From Lophium mytilinum (Eukaryota), in assembly GCA_010093605.1 (NCBI GenBank), contig MU004195.1:434001-498000 (forward strand): a stretch of 64,000 nt of DNA. Direction: 5' to 3'. The first letter of the stretch is position 1. Each line of letters begins with the position of its first letter. This document shows positions 11,508 through 25,400 of this stretch, one piece after another. The position numbers and the translations under genes are program-made. The notes under the pieces are model-generated. The model was not told the DNA's origin and ran no database searches. It saw nothing but the letters and a program-made list of their open reading frames with translations.

Positions 11508-14500
11508 TCAACGTCCCACGTTCCTGCCGCCCGTAGCCAACCGGTTGAAGTCATTCACCCTGTTAGCCAGCGCCAAGATCTTCCTCAGCACCGCTTGGCC
11601 AGGGCCCCTCGGCGTATTGAACGAGTGGTACGCAGTCGTAAGCCTCTCCGTGAGGAGCTGCATGATTCTCGGAACCACGTCAGCCTGAAGATCCGGGTCC
11701 TGCGGGTTAACGCTATCCAAGACGGCCTCTAGCCAGGTAAGCCGCTCGACGATGAGATTGTGGAATGGGTCGGTCACGACGACTGCAGATGACAGAGCGT
11801 ATAGGGCCGAGACGTGGGCGAGGTAGTCAGGGTTGCATCGGCAGAATATGGACTCAAAAAGGGCCGGTGGATTCGATGAGCGAATCCACTATGCATGTTA
11901 ACGGAGGCAGTGAACGATATATGGGGGATTACTTACCATCGATGTTGCTTCGCTGAAGTCGCCTAGTTGCAACAGCCTAGTGATTTCGTCCTCGGTCTCC
12001 TCGAGAGAGCTCCTCGGGGTCTGAGATTGGGCCTGAGACTTAGTGGGCGACAGTTCCGTGCGGGGAGCGGAGGTGGACGCAGAGCCAGGGCCACCAGCGT
12101 ACGAGTGTTGCGCCTCTTCAGCGGTCCTAAGCATGCTCATTTGGAAGCTCTCCTGGGAAGCAGCCATGGATTGTACCGTCCCAGTGAGCCCTTGCACGAG
12201 CTTTGTGAGCTGCTCAACCTTTTGGGTCTCCTTCTGGCGCTGAAGGTTGGCGTCGCGCAACTGCTCAGCGAACCGGTTATCCATCACCTGAGTGAGATTG
12301 TTCAGCGCCGGGCCCAGTGCGACAGAGAGCGAAGACGTGACAGTTGCTTCGAAATTCGCTGTGACCTTCTTCGAAACAGCATCCGAAATCTTGCCGAGGA
12401 ACTGCGGATTCTGGATCTGATTCTGCAGAATTACGCTGAGAGATGGGAGAACCGCCTGGAGTTCGCCTGGAAGAGTGCCCGAGATGGCTTTCTTCAGCGT
12501 CTGCTGGAGTTCCTTGTTGATAGTCTCGTTCACCGAGTCAAGCAGCTTCGGCAAAACGGTTGTCTGTACAGACTTCGTGATGATTTCATTGAAGCTTCGC
12601 TCAACATTCTGCGAGAGTGTTTCGGAAACCAGGCGGAGAATGGCCTCTTGCTTGGCATTACCGGCCGCCACGTGAGCGCGATTGTCGATATCAATGCGCT
12701 TGTGAAGCGCCTCTACCTCCTTGGTTAAAGTCTTCGAAAACTCCGCAGAGATATTTTCTTCGAGCTTCTTCACATCCGGCGGGGCAATTGCAGAGCTAAC
12801 AGGTGTAGACTGCTGCAGAACTTGGCTGAGCAGTCGGGTGGCCCATTCCGGAGCCTCTGTTTCTGAAGCTTTTGATCGAGAGTTGTCGGAAGACTGCGGC
12901 AGGATAGAAGGCGAGCTAGCGCTCTGTGCTGCTTGAGCATACGACGCGGAGGAAGACGTGACAGTTGATTCCTTGGCCTTGGCACTGGCCTGGGAGCCTT
13001 CAGTGTTCGATTTGTCCTTCTTCTTCTTTTTCTTCTCTAGCTTTTCAGGAAGCTTTTCAGGGCCATTGATAATCGCAGCCCGAGCAGCGTCCTGCTTGCT
13101 CTCCACCTTCGCCAAAGTAGAAGCCCTCATTGCAGCTTCTGATGTAAGCGACTGGCGAGTTGCTGCGCTACTCTCTTTCTTGATGCTCTCGCGAGCTGAT
13201 CGATCAGACCCTGGCTTGCGAGCTGACGTTTCACCGGCAGCCGAAGTATCCTCGCTAGCAGAAGACAATTCGATCTGCTTGATGGTACCAACAACAGCAA
13301 CACCAGCCTTCTCCGCATCAACGGGATACAAAGCTTCGCCGTCGTTCTTCCATCCAAGATCTGCCTGTCGAACAGCTACCACACTGACACCCTTGGACTG
13401 CATGACATACAACTCAAAACGAGGCTTGTCTTGAGGCTTGGCGTCATCCGGTGCAGAGCTGACTGGGTCGTTGAGCATCTGAAGACTACGGAGCTGGCCC
13501 TTGGAGGAGAAGGAGTACTCGTGAATGCTGGTCATGATTGCGGTTGCGTTCACGGCCGGTAGGGGCCTAATGCTAGGCTCCTTCTTCGCCAGCTGCGAGA
13601 TGTATGATGCCTGGGAGAAGGGCTGCAGATTGTAACGCGGGCAAGACACGTGGATGAAGAAGACGGAGTTCCTAGTAGGATGTCCAACGGCCAAAATCCC
13701 TGTCTTGGGGTGGAAAGAGACACTGCAAATGGCGTCCGACTCCTTCTCGTGTGGAAGATTGATTTCCTGAACAGGCTTTCCGAGACCGAGGTCCCATAGC
13801 TGGAAGGAGTGATTCTGCTTCATACCCACCATGACATATCTCAACGCAATGCCCTTGGCGCACGGGCGCTCCTTGTCGAAGAAGAAGATGGATGTGGGCC
13901 ACGATTTGACGTTAGTAGACGTAGTGTGATGCTCCGTGATCGGTTCGCGGATTTCAACAGGGTCGATCTCTATTGTGGAGTTTCCGAGGTGCTCCAAGGT
14001 CAGCGGACGAATGTCCCAGAAGCGCATCCTGCCGGCCTTATCCAGGGATGCAATGACTGTATCATCCTCACTGAAGGCGAAGTCCTTGCCCGCCTTGCCA
14101 GTCAATATCTTGAGAGGGCGATCCTTGAGGTAGGCCTCGGTGTTGCAAATCTGAGTGTCCGGATCCGTGTATCTCGGCGAGCGTGCGACGTTAGGAAAGA
14201 TGATGTGAATCGCCTTTCCACGGCCAACAGCGAAGAACTCGGGGTGTCGGCAGCTAGGCTTGGCGCGCGTCTTCAGTTGTCCACCAGATGTGTTATCATC
14301 TTGGGTAGCGGCAGGTGGAAAGATGACGCTGTGGCCAGGGAGGAGTTCAATAACGTCATCCTTGGTGTTCACAGCAGTCCAAAAGACCGCTCCATTGACA
14401 CCAATCCCAAGGATGGTCTCCGGAGTCCCCTGCGATGAAGCAAGGTCGGCAGAAGGAGCGGAGCAGGTGGCAAGATTGAAGATGCGCTCTTTGTAGTTCT

Positions 14501-16237
14501 GAAACACCTGTCGGTACTGGCCGTTATCCTGGCGAATGATCCGGAAACCATTGGTCTTGCCGCCGAGAGCATAGACAATGTAAAGCTTGGTGGCGGTGAC
14601 CAGGCAACGATCAATCTGATCGAATTCCTTCTTCAACCTCGCAACGTCCATGAAAGCCGACGGACGGAAGGAAGGACCCGACAAACTCTTGTTGACCGTG
14701 ATGGCGGCGAACGCTCTCATGGGGAATTTGAAAACTTGGATCTGCTGTTCTTCATCCTTGGCCGGGCTATCTTCAGCTTCCGCGCTCTCCCAGCTGTCCA
14801 CAACGTCCGCGTCACCGAGGTCAGCCTGGGCGACTTCTTCGACCACCTCTTTCAAGGCATCGGCCATTGGTTTCGGCAAAGTCTCTTCGATGTCGTGGCG
14901 AGTCTCGGGATCATCCAACTCCTTCTTGATTGAGATTGCTGCCTCCTTCATGGCCATCTCAAGTTCCTCGACTTCTTTCGCTTCAGCATTGGCCTTGTCA
15001 TGACCGTTTGACTGTTTGTCCGCTTGTGCAAGGGCTTCCTCCACTTGCTTGTCGACTTGTTCGCCGATGCCACTCACGGCCTCGGAAACCGTCTCGTGCG
15101 GATTTTGAGTAGGGAAGTGCGAAGTCGCACCCGGTGAAATCTTGCGGGTCTTCGAGGCGGGACCCGAGACTTCGGATCCGTTCTCTTTGCCGTCTCCTCC
15201 CGACGAGGCATCCCTGCCATGCTTTGGCTTCAGTATTTCCATCTTGCGGGTCGGCGCGGCGGCGCTGGTGCGATCGGGCAGAGGGGTGCGATTGCGAGGC
15301 GACGCGGCGTTGTTGGCGCGCTCGGGGACGGGAGTGCGGTTGCGAGGCGTCGCAGCCGAAAGCTGCTCGAAAGGATTGACGTAAGTGAACATCGAGGGCT
15401 TGGGAGGCGCCTGAGGAGCTTCGAAAGTCGAGTCGCCGGTCTTGCTGTCACCGAAAACGCGGATGGGCAATTCGGTGTCTCCACCTGCAGGTCCAGAAGA
15501 GAACGTCTCCAGCTTCGCGTCTTCCAAATCGTGGGCAAGATCGTCGACCCGTGTAGCGGAGGAGGCAAGAAAGGCCGAGACCGGTATTGCGCCTCCACGG
15601 AGGTGAGCAGAAAGTTCGCCCTGGGGAGGTTTGGGGTGGTTGAGCAGTCGCAGCAGCAAGTCCTGGGGAGCTTCATTCGCGGGCGTGGCGTGTTCGGCTC
15701 GAGCGCTGGGCGCGGGTGAGGCAGCAGCCGATGAGCGAGACGCGCCCTGCGACGGCTTGCGCATGAAAGAGGCAACCAAGTCGGAGGCAGAGGTCGTGCG
15801 ACCGTGTGCGCCCTGTCCTTCCGCCATTGACAAGTTCTGCACGGACTGCTGAGATGGTCGGCGCTCCGGGGCGCTGGCCTGATTCAGAGCTCCGGGGCCA
15901 TTGAACCTCAGCAGGTTGAGCAGGCTTGCCGTCTTATCGGAGCTGCTCTGACCAGGAGCTGGCGTGTTATTGACCGAGGTGTTTGGCGACATGACGGCGG
16001 ATTGGTTATGAGGTTGCGGGCCTGAAGGCGCGGGCGAGTAGACGGGCGAGGAAACGGAGGGCTGGTGGTAGTGAGGAGCTTGTCCAGACGTATCTGGCGA
16101 GGTGACTCCCTGCTTCGCAAGGCGCGCAAAGAGCTCTGTAGCAGGTGTTAGCACGGTGAACAAGCGTCGAAGTTCGAAGCTGGATCTATTGAATGAGGCT
16201 GGCTAAAGAAGAGCCATGTACCGTTGAGGTCCGCCAT
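11508..16237 (-). CDS. EDC4/Ge-1/Pdc1-like enhancer of mRNA decapping (P-body scaffold; beta-propeller plus coiled coil)
   Basis: Exons 16237-16222 (MADLN), 16135-11937, 11888-11508. Recalled fungal family motifs DVARLKKEFDQIDR, GGQLKTRAK, HPEFFAVGRGK, GKAGKDFAFSEDD, followed by a long helical C-terminus. Family call is from recall, not a search. Confidence 0.75.
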
Positions 16238-16728
16238 GACACCGGAATTGGCCGGGCCGCCCTTAGAGGATTCGAGTTGGGAGAGATCAGCAGCTGCAAG
16301 TGCACCTGGGCAGCCCGCGATGAAGAGAGGATGGAAGAGTGAGGTGGTGGTTGGTGCAGGTGTGACGTTGGAAATTTTGGAAGAGGTGTTTGGGGGACGA
16401 GATACGGGCCCGTTGGCGTACAATATGTCACGCTAACCGTAAAGAGAGCGGCCACCAGCCTAGCCAATCGGAGCAAAGGGCAATTGATAATGCGGCTCGC
16501 TCGATATCAGCATCGACTTAATGGCAAGATAGATGAAGTGTCAGCGCTCGAGTAATGGAGAGCAACGTTGCTAGGCTTCTCCCGTAGCTGCCCATTAAGC
16601 TTGAGCTATCGGTGATTGGAACAGCCTCCGCACCTGCAAGTGAGAGTCGTCGTTTTTATAGTTTTGAATTCGAAAGCAAGTCTATATACAACAACAAAAG
16701 GATTGCACCCTGAAGACGTGGCAAAAGT

Positions 16729-18928
16729 CTATACTCTCAAGTCCACTCTACCGCTCTGCACTCTCTGACCATCAAACCCAACCCCGATTACCCTGCATTT
16801 GGCACCAGCATCCCTCATTTTATCAACTAGCACGTTGCAAAGGATAAACTCCGTGGCGTATGCCCGGCCTACGTTATCCCCATCTATATCAATTGAGAAA
16901 TACGAGAAAGGGCCAGTGAGCTGGCTGTACGGAAGATGGCGTAGTAGTGAGTGAGATAATCCCAAACTTTGATCTTGAAAGTCCCACACTAGTCGGCGAT
17001 GCTCTTCTTCATCCTTACCTTGATTTTCAACTCGAATATTAACAATCGTGCTAGATAGATGCGGAGTTTCCAGGGGTGCTATAGAGAGCTCGAAGATCTC
17101 AATTGACAATCCGTGATTGTTCATCGTATCCCCTCCCTTCATTGACAGAGATAATTCAGACAAGCGAGGATTTTCGGGTAGACAGTCTGGAAGATGATTC
17201 CTTAAGAGGAGCTGTACAGTCTCCATCCTACCGCTTCCATCGCCGAGATCTACAAACGAGTATTTTGAGCCGATCCTGAGGCCAAGCGTTACGTTCCCAC
17301 TAACCAAATAGTTCTTGTAAGACATCTTAACCTGCAAAGTGCCATCGGCAGGCATATCGACCGTGAAGAGCCGCAGAGGATGTGTAATTCCCTTGGGTTC
17401 GTAGTAAACAGCTAATCGAGACGGTTGGTCGAGAATTTCTCCGTGAAGAGATCTACCCAATTTATGACCCTGGTCTGGGGCTACTTGTCGGTGAACAGAA
17501 TGTGGCAAGACTGACTGCGCGCCAACTTGCGAGTGGACTTTCTTCCCTCCATAGACGTCTTCTAGCTCAGGGCCATGCAACGCAAATGCGCGGCTGAAGT
17601 CGGTGTAGAAGAAGGACTCCGAGCCAGCAGGATACTGACGAGCTGAACGAGTGATGGGATACGGATGTACCTCCTGGACGCCAGAATCTGATCTCCCGCC
17701 GTGCGGTCGGCCATCGCACGTACAATCCAGGTCTTCTGTGAAAGGGTCCCCGTCCCACATAGCGTGCTCAACAGCTCTTCTCTGGGTCGCAAAATGCTCG
17801 AATGACCAAGCTGGTGCAAAAATGCCTACAGAAAGACCGGTCTCGGCGAGTTTGCTTACGGCAATGCCAGTATGCGTGCCGCCGCCGCCCTTCTCGGGAT
17901 ACGTCACTCGAGGGTTGCTCAACTTGGATGAGTTTTGGGCCCAGACGTCCACACCAAAGTAGACGCTCTCAGAAGGGAAGTCGTGTTGCTGAGCGAAAGC
18001 CCTCGATTCGACAGCTTTGTCCTCTGTCCAGCAGTAGTTGGTGAGTATTCCGTCACAACCCTGTGCCATTGGCAGATTTGCGACGGTCAAACTGTTTTGG
18101 TAGACGATCTTGTTCGAAACGGTAAGAGCATCGTACCTATTTGAGATTAGATCTGACAGCAGCAACGGCCTTGCATTGATGTTGAATAATGGAAAGAAGG
18201 CTGTTCAAAACCACTGACCAGATAACTTTGCTCTCGGCACCCATAGTAGATCTCAACTGGTTCAGGAACGACACAAGGAGATTGAGATCCCACTCGCTGT
18301 TATCAAAGGGTTTCTCTATATTAATGAGCCATCCATCAAATCCGTAGTGCTCAGCAATTGCAGCGAGCTTGCTTGCAAATGGGAAATGCAGTTGGAGCCC
18401 CTCCGTATTAACGACGCTGCTATTTTCAAGCATCCTGTTGTTTTCTCTGAGTGCTGGCTCAACGAGGAAAGTCCCGAGCACCTTGACGCCATTCCGATGG
18501 AGCGTATTGGTCCAGGACGGGGGTGGGACGCAGACTAGTTTATGACTGAAATATACAAAAGTATTCACGAATTGGAGATACTCGCATGAGTAGCTTGTTT
18601 CGTCTACGCCTACCCCTTGGCTGGATTCATAGGTATGGTAGTTTCCGCCGTAGTCGTGGCATAAGAGGACATTAGCTGACTGCTCTCCTCCTACAGGGCC
18701 AGGACGCAGTAGGAGAGGTGTATTCGATCTCTGGATAGGATCTGAGGCCTCTGTAGTCCAGTCCTCAAGCTGATTGAAGGTGTCGAAATAGGTGAATCCT
18801 TTAGCAGTGTCTAGCTTCTGTTGTCTGCGCCTCTCTTCTGGCGTTGGCCCAGTGTCTGGGGTGGGGAAGTAATGGCGGAAGCCATCTCGAATAGGTCGAA
18901 GGATGTCTTTCCAACCATATATATTCAT
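16729..18928 (-). CDS. Cytosolic endo-beta-N-acetylglucosaminidase (GH85, ENGase)
   Basis: VLLCHDYGGNY, FVYFSHKLVCVPPPSWTNTLHRNGVKVLGT, YGFDGWLINIE, YDALT, NYCW, YFGVDVW, IFAPAWSFE. One intron at about 18217-18139. Divergent from ERD2. Confidence 0.9.
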
Positions 18929-19191
18929 GTTGAGAAACGGCACTCCATAGTGGTTGACGACCTCTCAAGCCTGCCAGCCATGACGTTTCAAGACTTTAGA
19001 CTGGAGGTTTCATAAATAAGCTAGACATATTTGGTGAAGCGGCGTCATTTGCCTAGCGGCCTCTAAAACGCCCGAGCTCAAACTTCGTGTCGTGTTCTCA
19101 ACTATCTCAAAACACCATCACCTCAGTACAAACGCACGAACTCACGCACAGAGACCTGTCGTATTGAGTCCGCTCGCTCTCCACCGCCATC

Positions 19192-20108
19192 ATGAATCTC
19201 TTCAGGTTATTAGGTACGCGTGCCATGGGCGCAAGGCTGCGATCCACCCTTTCCCACGGTATGCGACAGCTAGCTAACAAAACCACCCAGGGGACCTGTC
19301 CCATTTAATATCAATCCTCATCCTGCTACACAAGATGAAAACATCCAGCGTACATCTTCCCGCCATCCTGATACCCTGCGCACCCCATTGACCCCCCACA
19401 GAGCGCATCCGGCATCTCGTTCAAGTCCCAGGTCCTCTACTTCGTAGTCTACGTAACGCGCTACATCGACCTGCTATGGACCTTCTACCTCCCCAAGAGC
19501 CTCTACAATACTGTTTTCAAAATCCTCTTCATCAGCTCATCCGCCTATACCATCTACCTGATGATGACCGACTACAAGCCCACCCACGATCCGAACCTAG
19601 ACACGTTCAAGGTCTCTTACCTGCTGGGCGCGAGCGCGATATTAGCAATCCTGTTTCCGTACCACTACAACTTCACCGAGGTGAGTTCGAACCTATGTGA
19701 CTCGAAGGACGCAGGGTAGAGCCAGGGCGTACCGCTAACACGCAGCAGATCCTCTGGACCTTCTCCATCTGGCTCGAATCCGTCGCCATCCTCCCGCAAC
19801 TCTTCATGCTGCAGCGGACCGGCGAGGCCGAGACGATCACCACTCATTACCTCTTTGCGCTTGGCGCATACCGGGCGCTGTATATCCCAAATTGGATCTG
19901 GCGCACGGTAGTCGTGGAGAAGCCCACGCCTTTCTGGGATCCGATCTCAATCATTGCGGGCATCGTACAGACGATTCTGTACTCGGATTTTTTCTACATT
20001 TACTATACCAAGTGAGTTGGCGCAGATCCCTGTTGGGGTGTGTCAGGATGCTAATGTTTGCGTTTCGCTAGGGTTATTCAGGGCAAGAAATTCAACCTCC
20101 CAGTGTAA
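19192..20108 (+). CDS. ERD2: ER lumen protein-retaining (HDEL/KDEL) receptor
   Basis: [84 protein letters not shown]. Four short introns. Confidence 0.95.
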
Positions 20109-20975
20109 TCGACCTGCCCGCGCGATTATAGAGATCCTTTATCCTTCACAATTGATCAATGAGCGATTACCCATTTTGTAACATAGATTCGGACACCTGC
20201 TATGTGGCGGATGATTCGGAAGGGGCGGTGGGACTCCGAAGAAGAGCTTATGCGACATTTTCAACGGCGTATCCGGGATACTGGAATGGCAACCAAATTT
20301 GGGCTGACGGAAGAATCCCAGTTAGACTGGGTCGGGACACCCAGGGACTTGGAGCGGATTGGGAATTCGGTGGAACGGTACGGATAAGTACCAGGGGTCG
20401 CGTACCCTAGGAGTTCATGTACTTTACCCAATGGCATCACGAAAAATTCACAAACTCTTTTTGCAGCCCTTTCTGGCTAAAATAATCTTAACAAGTGCTA
20501 TAGCTAGGGCCTCATTACCACCCCAGCAACAGCCTGGAAGTTACAAGCACTGATGCATCGAACATGTACCCACCTAAACTAGCCTACAGAACGTAGCCCT
20601 ATCGTCTTGGGCCGAAACGCGCTCAAATGGTGGAGAAACCTACAGATCGAACCGCGTCACAGCTTTGAGCGGTCCCAACGTGTCCCACTGCGCGCATTAC
20701 AAGTCCTCCCACACAAAGTCGAAGCAAAGCTACCGACTGTCGTAGAGGTCTACCGATCGGCATCAAACATCATGTCAACCTCCCTCTTAAGCACCCTTCG
20801 TCTGCCATCCAACGTCCTCCAATCACCCAAAGCTGACATAGTTCGCCGAAGTGTTCTGAAATCCGCAGACTCAACCGCACTACACCCTCCGGTTCACCTT
20901 GAATGCTTTCCCTGGCGTCCAAGAAGTCGCCAAATCACCCATAAACCTTCTCCTCTCAAGCCCAGTAGGCCATGT

Positions 20976-23170
20976 CACATGTCCATCCCGTGACCTCGGC
21001 TTGGCGGGGGTATAAAACATCTCCGCTGAAGCGACTCGATCCCTTGTCCAGAGGTGGAGGCTGGGGCGGTGGTTTCAACAGAAAACATGGTACACATACA
21101 TGGTCGTCGTTGTGGTTGGATCAAAAATTGCTGACGAGTCCTTCATTATGGCTGGGGGGGGAGTGAAGTGGTGCAACACATGCGTCGCCTTTGGGCAATG
21201 GAGAGGGGGTGTGGTGCGTTAGGTGCGGCGACGGTACCTGTGTTCTCAGTGATTCGAGTCAGCGGTGTCTACCGATGCATCTCTTCCCTTCCGTCCATTG
21301 GTGGTGAGATCGATTGGGGTGAGCAAGCTGGCTGTTAGAGACGATCGTCAACTTGGTTGCATGCTGGATGGCATCATTACACCAGGCAGACACCCCACAA
21401 CATTTACGTTTCTGTAGGATGGTTTTGCACGCCCCAATCCACCCCGATTCACAGGCCCCATCGCCCTCTTTTTTGATCCGGCGCTTCCACTCCCATGGCC
21501 AAGACGTTGTGGAGGTTTTTGTCCCTCAAAGCAAGATCCACAGACTCCTACAGGACGAAGTCTCCGCAACCAACAAGGAGAATTTATAGTACAACCGCAG
21601 GGTAGAACACGTGAAGCGTGAGAACTCAGCCCCGAGACTCCGCCCTCACTCACCAAGCATCGGTTCAGCGTCGTCCGCCAGGGGCGGTCGAGGGAATGGG
21701 GAAAGCACCTGACTCTCACGTGGACCGGGACCTCTATTCTCCCCCGCCGATGGGCAGGTATAAAAGGGCCAGTGCTAGGTGGCCGACCCCTATTTGCTAT
21801 TTGGCCGATGCTGTATTGCTATCTAGCCTACCAACCCCCCTGCGGGCCTTTCACCGCGTTCTGATTGGCTCGGATGGCTCTTAGGAAGGTTCGGATATTT
21901 TACTCTGCACGTGTAGTCTTTCCATTTTATCTACAGTCTTCCTATTTTAGTATAGCTACGTGTATAGCTACTTGCCTACCTATCTACCTGCCTGCCTAGG
22001 AGAATGCCTAAACTGTTAATTTCGCACCTAATAGAGGCCTTCTCTCTATCGCTGCTAGCCTACAAGCACCTACGTAAAGTCCTTATTAATAAGATCTTCC
22101 GCATACTTATTAACTTCCTTAATAGCGGGCTTACGAGCTGCTTTATAAGGCTGCGGCTGGCCTCTGCTCTTTTATTTTATGCTCCGGAGGAGCCGGCCCG
22201 GTAAGCGAGCCAATTAGAACGCGGTGAAAGGTCCGCAGGGGGGTGGGTAGGCTAGATAGCAATACGGCATCGGCTAAGTAGTAAAAAGAGGTCGGCCACC
22301 TAGCACCGGCCTATAAAAGCCCCTCCCCGTCTGAGATTCCTTTTTCAGAGATTGTACGGGTTGGGAGTCAGAAGAGCAACAACGGAGAGAAAGAGCGAGC
22401 ATGCTGCAAAAGAATCCCATGAGATCTCGATGAATGGCTGGTCTGGGATTGCTTTCTTCTGTAACACCTGCAGTGCAAGAGCAGAATGGCTGGCCTTTAA
22501 GCTCTACACCATGCTGATGGCGTCCAACAACCCTAAAGGTACAGGGAAGTCCCACTAGAAACCTTTGCGCATACGCAGCAGCAGGTCGAGGCGACGTCTA
22601 CCATCTACAACAGATGGTGCCATTCAGCGCTCTGCAAATCTCTCTCCGCCAAATCCCGAACGCGCCCATGACATCGTTTGTGTCTCGGTTTTACACCAGA
22701 CCCAGCGACACCATGAAAGGATTCTTTTCTTGCTTTTATATCCCGCCCCCAGAGCCATGACAATGCGTACATATTGGGTTTTGATCCTTGGAAGCACCCC
22801 GAGAGTCGCTGGACAACAAATCTACAGCTGACGAGGCGAAGATTTATAGGAGAATTGGAGAGGACACGTGAGATACATGAGACACGTGAACGGAGCAAGA
22901 TCGCGGGCAAGGAGTTCACGTGGTAGAGCGTTCAGGAACGACCTGGGACTTCACATTCACGTGAACGACCGGGATCCTCAGGAGGTATAAATTCGGCATG
23001 TTCTTCGGTTTGTACCTAGTCTTCATGGGTCGAGAGGTGGGAGATTGTATCCTAGGGGAGTACATCGCGATGATGGAGGCAAAACGGGACAATGCAGCGA
23101 AGAATGGAGGTGTGGATCAAACTGGACGGACCGCATGCCCAATGGCTGCAGTGTTGGTTTTCAGAAGATA
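20976..23170. repeat. Cassette cluster 2: five alternating (+,-,+,-,+) promoter/repeat-spacer cassettes
   Basis: TATA boxes at 21011(+), 21588(-), 21759/22312(+, duplicated by a MITE), 22848(-), 22986(+). CACGTG at 21608, 21717, 22865, 22883, 22917, 22958. 23-nt spacers at 21077-21099, 21175-21197, 23081-23103, 23119-23141. Confidence 0.8.
21767..22311. mobile_element. 545-bp non-autonomous TIR element (MITE) with ~106-bp TIRs and an 8-bp TSD TATAAAAG; Mutator- or hAT-like
   Basis: 21767-21872 is the reverse complement of 22206-22311 with few mismatches. TATAAAAG flanks both ends (21759-66, 22312-19). TpA-rich interior, no transposase ORF. Confidence 0.92.
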
Positions 23171-23505
23171 GGAAGAAATTGGGAAGAGCGTAGATGAGCG
23201 GGAGTTAAACTTAATAGTGGCCTGCGCCACATGCAAGTATAATTAACGGACAACGTTTTGCTTCTATGGTCAGTAGCGAAAACAAGGGCGTTAAGAGGAA
23301 AGGAATGTTAATATTCTGCTAAGCTTCATCAGTGTGCGATGAAAATATGATCGCGATTGACGCGTCAAGCTGTTGGAGCTCGGACCGATGACGTAGGACT
23401 GTTTACATACCGCGCATCACCATCTGGCATCCCACCCTTTCCGTCTCAACTCCAGACCTGTCAATCATTACATTTATACCAGCAGAACTTCCAATACCTC
23501 GCAAG

Positions 23506-24861
23506 ATGCCTCGTACTAAACGTCCACTTGCTGAAGCTGATCCCAATGCCTCCGCTGGCCGGGTGACACGCTCCAAAGTGGTCAGATCCGACGGACCCAA
23601 GGGTAAAGAAAACAAAACGGCGTCAGGGGCGTTTGAAAGCAAGAAGTATAGCAACAAATCGAAATCCTTGACGAAACACGCGGAGAAAGATGTAGGGCTC
23701 GAGGGATACGCCAACGTATCAGACAATCGACTGGGATGGCTCCTACTGGATCGAGGACTTCCCTATGGTAGAACGGACGAAAGGGACGTGATGATCATGC
23801 GTCTCGAGATATCAGATGCACTCGCGAAGGAATTGAACGTACCACTTTATATCCCGCCAAACTTCCCGCCGTCCAAAGCGGACAAGAGCAAGGCCGAGGC
23901 CATCAATCTCAGGAAGCAGACCGATTTTGCCTCCAAGGACAATAGCAAGCTCCGGTCGATGCTAGAAGCCCGCAAGCTGTCTACACTAGGACCACGGGAT
24001 GAGCTAGTTCAGCGCTTGGAGGCGCACCCGATGGTCGACTATGAGCAATACACCACGGATGAGTTATCGGCAATGGCGTCGCGACGACACATGAGAACGG
24101 GCGCCACTGGTCCGAAGGCTGTGAAGATTGCACGTTTGCGCATGAATGACGAACTAAAACGCGATACGGGAAATACGCCAGAAGGTGAATTATATGGCTG
24201 TATATCTGCCATAGAAATGTTTGTAGGCGCGTTTCGGCGAGAGAAAAATAGAGTCCTACGCGGCGACTACTCATTCGTTAAAAGTTTCGGCTGTCGGCCT
24301 GCACCAACTCTCAAGGAGCTTCTACACGAACGCAACTTACCGGAGTCTGGAAATATAGCAACAAAGTTGGAGCGGTTGCGTAAGGACGATGCATCCAGGG
24401 GAACGCCGTTTGCGACACGCATCTTCGAAAAGCAGATCAGCGATGCACGGTCCGAATGGGAGAGATTACGAGTGAAGTTCGAAGAATTTACAGGACGTCC
24501 TCTTCGATGTGTTTCGGAGGATCTAAACGTGGAAAACAAGTTGCATCAACGCGACCCAATCTACAACGCCCCAAAAGATGACCCTCCAGTCAAACACATG
24601 GTTAACTATGACTGGCGCAGTTCGCACTGGGCTGATCGGAGCTTGCATCAGCTGCTGGATATTGCAAAGAGTCGGGGTATGCCACATGCCAATGGAGCAC
24701 CAAAGGCTGCAATGATCAAGTGGCTCGAGACGGGGGAGCTTGACTACGAAGAATACTACACTACAGCCCTTTACGCTATGTGTTCAGAAAGAAACATCAG
24801 CGTCAAATCGGCCGAGAAGTAGGTCGAGATCATTAGACTGCTGAAAGAGCATGAAGACTAG
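23506..24861 (+). CDS. Multi-SAP-like repeat protein; in-frame TAG at 24820-22 interrupts the last repeat
   Basis: Repeated SAP-like helices (LRSMLEARKLSTLGPRDELVQRL; LKELLHERNLPESGNIATKLERL; LYAMCSERNISVKSAEK*VEIIRLL). Confidence 0.65.
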
Positions 24862-25400
24862 CTCACTCTTAGCGCCGGCCATACTCACTTCAAGGATCCG
24901 GAGCAGATTTCAGTGACGTTAAGACCTGGGCACGATGTATTGCGCATGAACAGATCTGTTCTAGAAGAGGCATGATTTATACTAGCCCTGCACGAACCTA
25001 TTTCTATCCGTACAAAGGCTAGCCAGATGCCATTTACTGTCTTCCAACTTACAGTCACGTGACTCATAGAGATTATAGGTTTACAAAATAATTCATCAAT
25101 ATTAAGCTTGATCTCACCGTTCCAGCAAGAAGCACAGCGGCATTCATGTACCGTTCTGCTTCCACAATTGAACTCTCGCGTCGTTTTGAGGTCCTTTGAC
25201 CTTAGCGAAACATTCAAAGTACCCTCCGGCACATTCCAGCCATTAGGGAAGCGGCGCTGCTGTCATCCACAAAAAGAACGCTAAAACGCAAACGCTCACC
25301 ACAAAGTGTCGCAACGTACTCCATCTCATCGGTGTCTGCTTTCCCAATATTTCCTAATTACTATCCTAAAATACAACAAGAACAACGAAGTATCGGCGTT

